Translations under genes and position numbers: made by a program
In this document: one piece after another, positions 62,702 through 64,000 of the stretch
Layout: every line of letters begins with the position of its first letter
How positions within the stretch are numbered: position 1 is the stretch's first letter
NCBI GenBank assembly: GCA_965637545.1
Contig: OZ281495.1
Location: 24,490,001-24,554,000, forward strand
Direction: 5' to 3'
DNA from: Phallusia mammillata
Taxonomy: Eukaryota
Length of the DNA stretch: 64,000 bases
Notes under the pieces: generated by a model
The model's database searches: none
What the model saw: the letters and a program-made list of their open reading frames with translations, nothing else
Told to the model about the DNA's origin: nothing

Positions 62702-63202
62702 CAGGGGTCCGCAAATAGTGGGTCCCAAATTTGGGTCGCGAGACCTTCCAGTCCGGGTCGCGAAATATTTTAAATTTCCCATGAATACAAGCATCGCATC
62801 TACAGTATTAATGAATTTAGGTTTTTTCAACCTTTTAATCATTATTGCATTGTTACGTATGACTACGTAACTGTGACGTACAGTCTATGTAACAATGCAA
62901 AAAGTTAATCGCACCTATGCAAGAATGCGTTTTCTGATTAGTTGTGTTCTCAACACAGAGCCCACAGTTCTCATTTGTTAGAATAAATACGTTAGTTTAT
63001 CTACTGTTTTAAATGAAAATAGAAACTGACAATAACATAATAGCATAATAGCAGTCTTAATATTGATATTTAGTTGATTAGTATTTTCCACAGACTTGAT
63101 GCTTGGGTCGCGAGTATTTAGAGCAATTTTGCAAAATGCTTGGGTCGCGAGAATTTAGAGCAATTTTTTTGGGTCGCGCCAAAAAGTATTTGCGGACCCC
63201 TG
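62702..63202. mobile_element. hAT MITE with gggtcgcg motifs
   Basis: TIR caggggtccgcaaata / tatttgcggacccctg; perfect TSD gattacgt. Confidence 0.92.
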
Positions 63203-63796
63203 GATTACGTAAACGGTTAACCAACATTAAATGCAGGCGTTTTACCGCAACGGTAAGCTTATTGCCCCGTTAAAGCATGACCGGCCATATTTTGCACTCA
63301 CAAACTGAATAGCGATGGCTAATATGTCCTGAACAACTCTACAAAACCCATCCAAAATTATGCAAGCAAATTTGAAATATTGATGTATTTTTCGCGCTGT
63401 GATTCTAGTCCCGGGGTTAAACACAGAAACAATATTACATGCTAGTAGTGTGTCTACAATCAGCGTTATTGTAATGCTGTGTGTCACAGACGATGGTAGA
63501 TCGTCCGCTATGATCACATTAGAGCACTGAAATATTACGTTTTAAATTTGAGTGGTGACAGGTGAGTTGTTGCAGTTTGTCATGACGATTGGACGTTTGA
63601 TCAATAACCTGCCTCGCATATTGCTTTTCTTACGAACAAAAACGTGTAATCGATATGAGGTGCATGTATTCGCAGTTAGTCGGGTTCGTTAGTCCAATAT
63701 ATATCCGGTGTAATTGCCCGCGCCAAATGCGCATTGTTTTGTTTTTTTCGCGATCGTCCTATGGTAACTATGGGCATTAACAATTTTCTTCATGTA

Positions 63797-63975
63797 TTTT
63801 ACTAAACCTGTAAAGTTTGTTAAAATACAAGGCTGTATGGTAAATACCCCCGAAATTCCTGCAAATACTACATGCAATTACAGGCATTAAATTTTTTTTA
63901 GTGTTTTTACTAAACCTATACAGTTTGTTAAAACGCAAGGCTGCATGACAAGGAGCTCGCAATATCCTGCAAATA
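63797..63975. repeat. Diverged tandem duplication, period about 108 bp
   Basis: ttttactaaacct..a.agtttgttaaaa..caaggctg.atg ... tcctgcaaata occurs twice. Confidence 0.7.
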
Positions 63976-64000
63976 GGTCGGCGGCTAAATCGTCATGTGG

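Noticed and set aside
63242-63590. Candidate N-terminal exon(s) of GPCR-B
   Set aside because: The Met-initiated piece (MTNCNNSPVTTQI) hits a stop, and the open frame at 63526-63439 lacks a start and has a weak donor; left unresolved.

Overview
AT-rich eukaryotic (animal) genomic DNA with many short GT-AG introns. The gene content and intron style suggest an invertebrate chordate, probably an ascidian (inference, not proven). Seven multi-exon genes can be reconstructed by hand, plus one nested single-exon gene: PISD (minus, 3.4-12.2 kb); a nested antisense secreted protein resembling C21orf62/EPCIP inside a PISD intron; an intact 9-exon MLKL-like pseudokinase (plus, 15.3-17.7 kb); FANCD2 (plus, 20.8-32.8 kb); a four-TM Jiraiya/TMEM221-like gene (minus) head-to-head with HACD3 (plus); and two convergent paralogous galanin/allatostatin-A-receptor-like GPCRs (46.3-52.7 kb plus, 56.2-61.7 kb minus). 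Introns and intergenic DNA carry more than a dozen hAT-type MITEs with 8-bp target-site duplications and two copies of a Helentron/HINE-like repeat, one holding a perfect 250-bp copy of a FANCD2 exon segment. There are also several hammerhead-ribozyme-bearing elements, including a 282-bp foldback element with two inverted type I hammerheads. The strongest leads are the MLKL-like protein with an Asp at the position of the RIPK3-target serine, the intronic inverted-hammerhead element whose host-sense copy has a mutated core, the nested EPCIP-like gene, and the exon capture. All family assignments come from remembered motifs; no database search or folding calculation was run.
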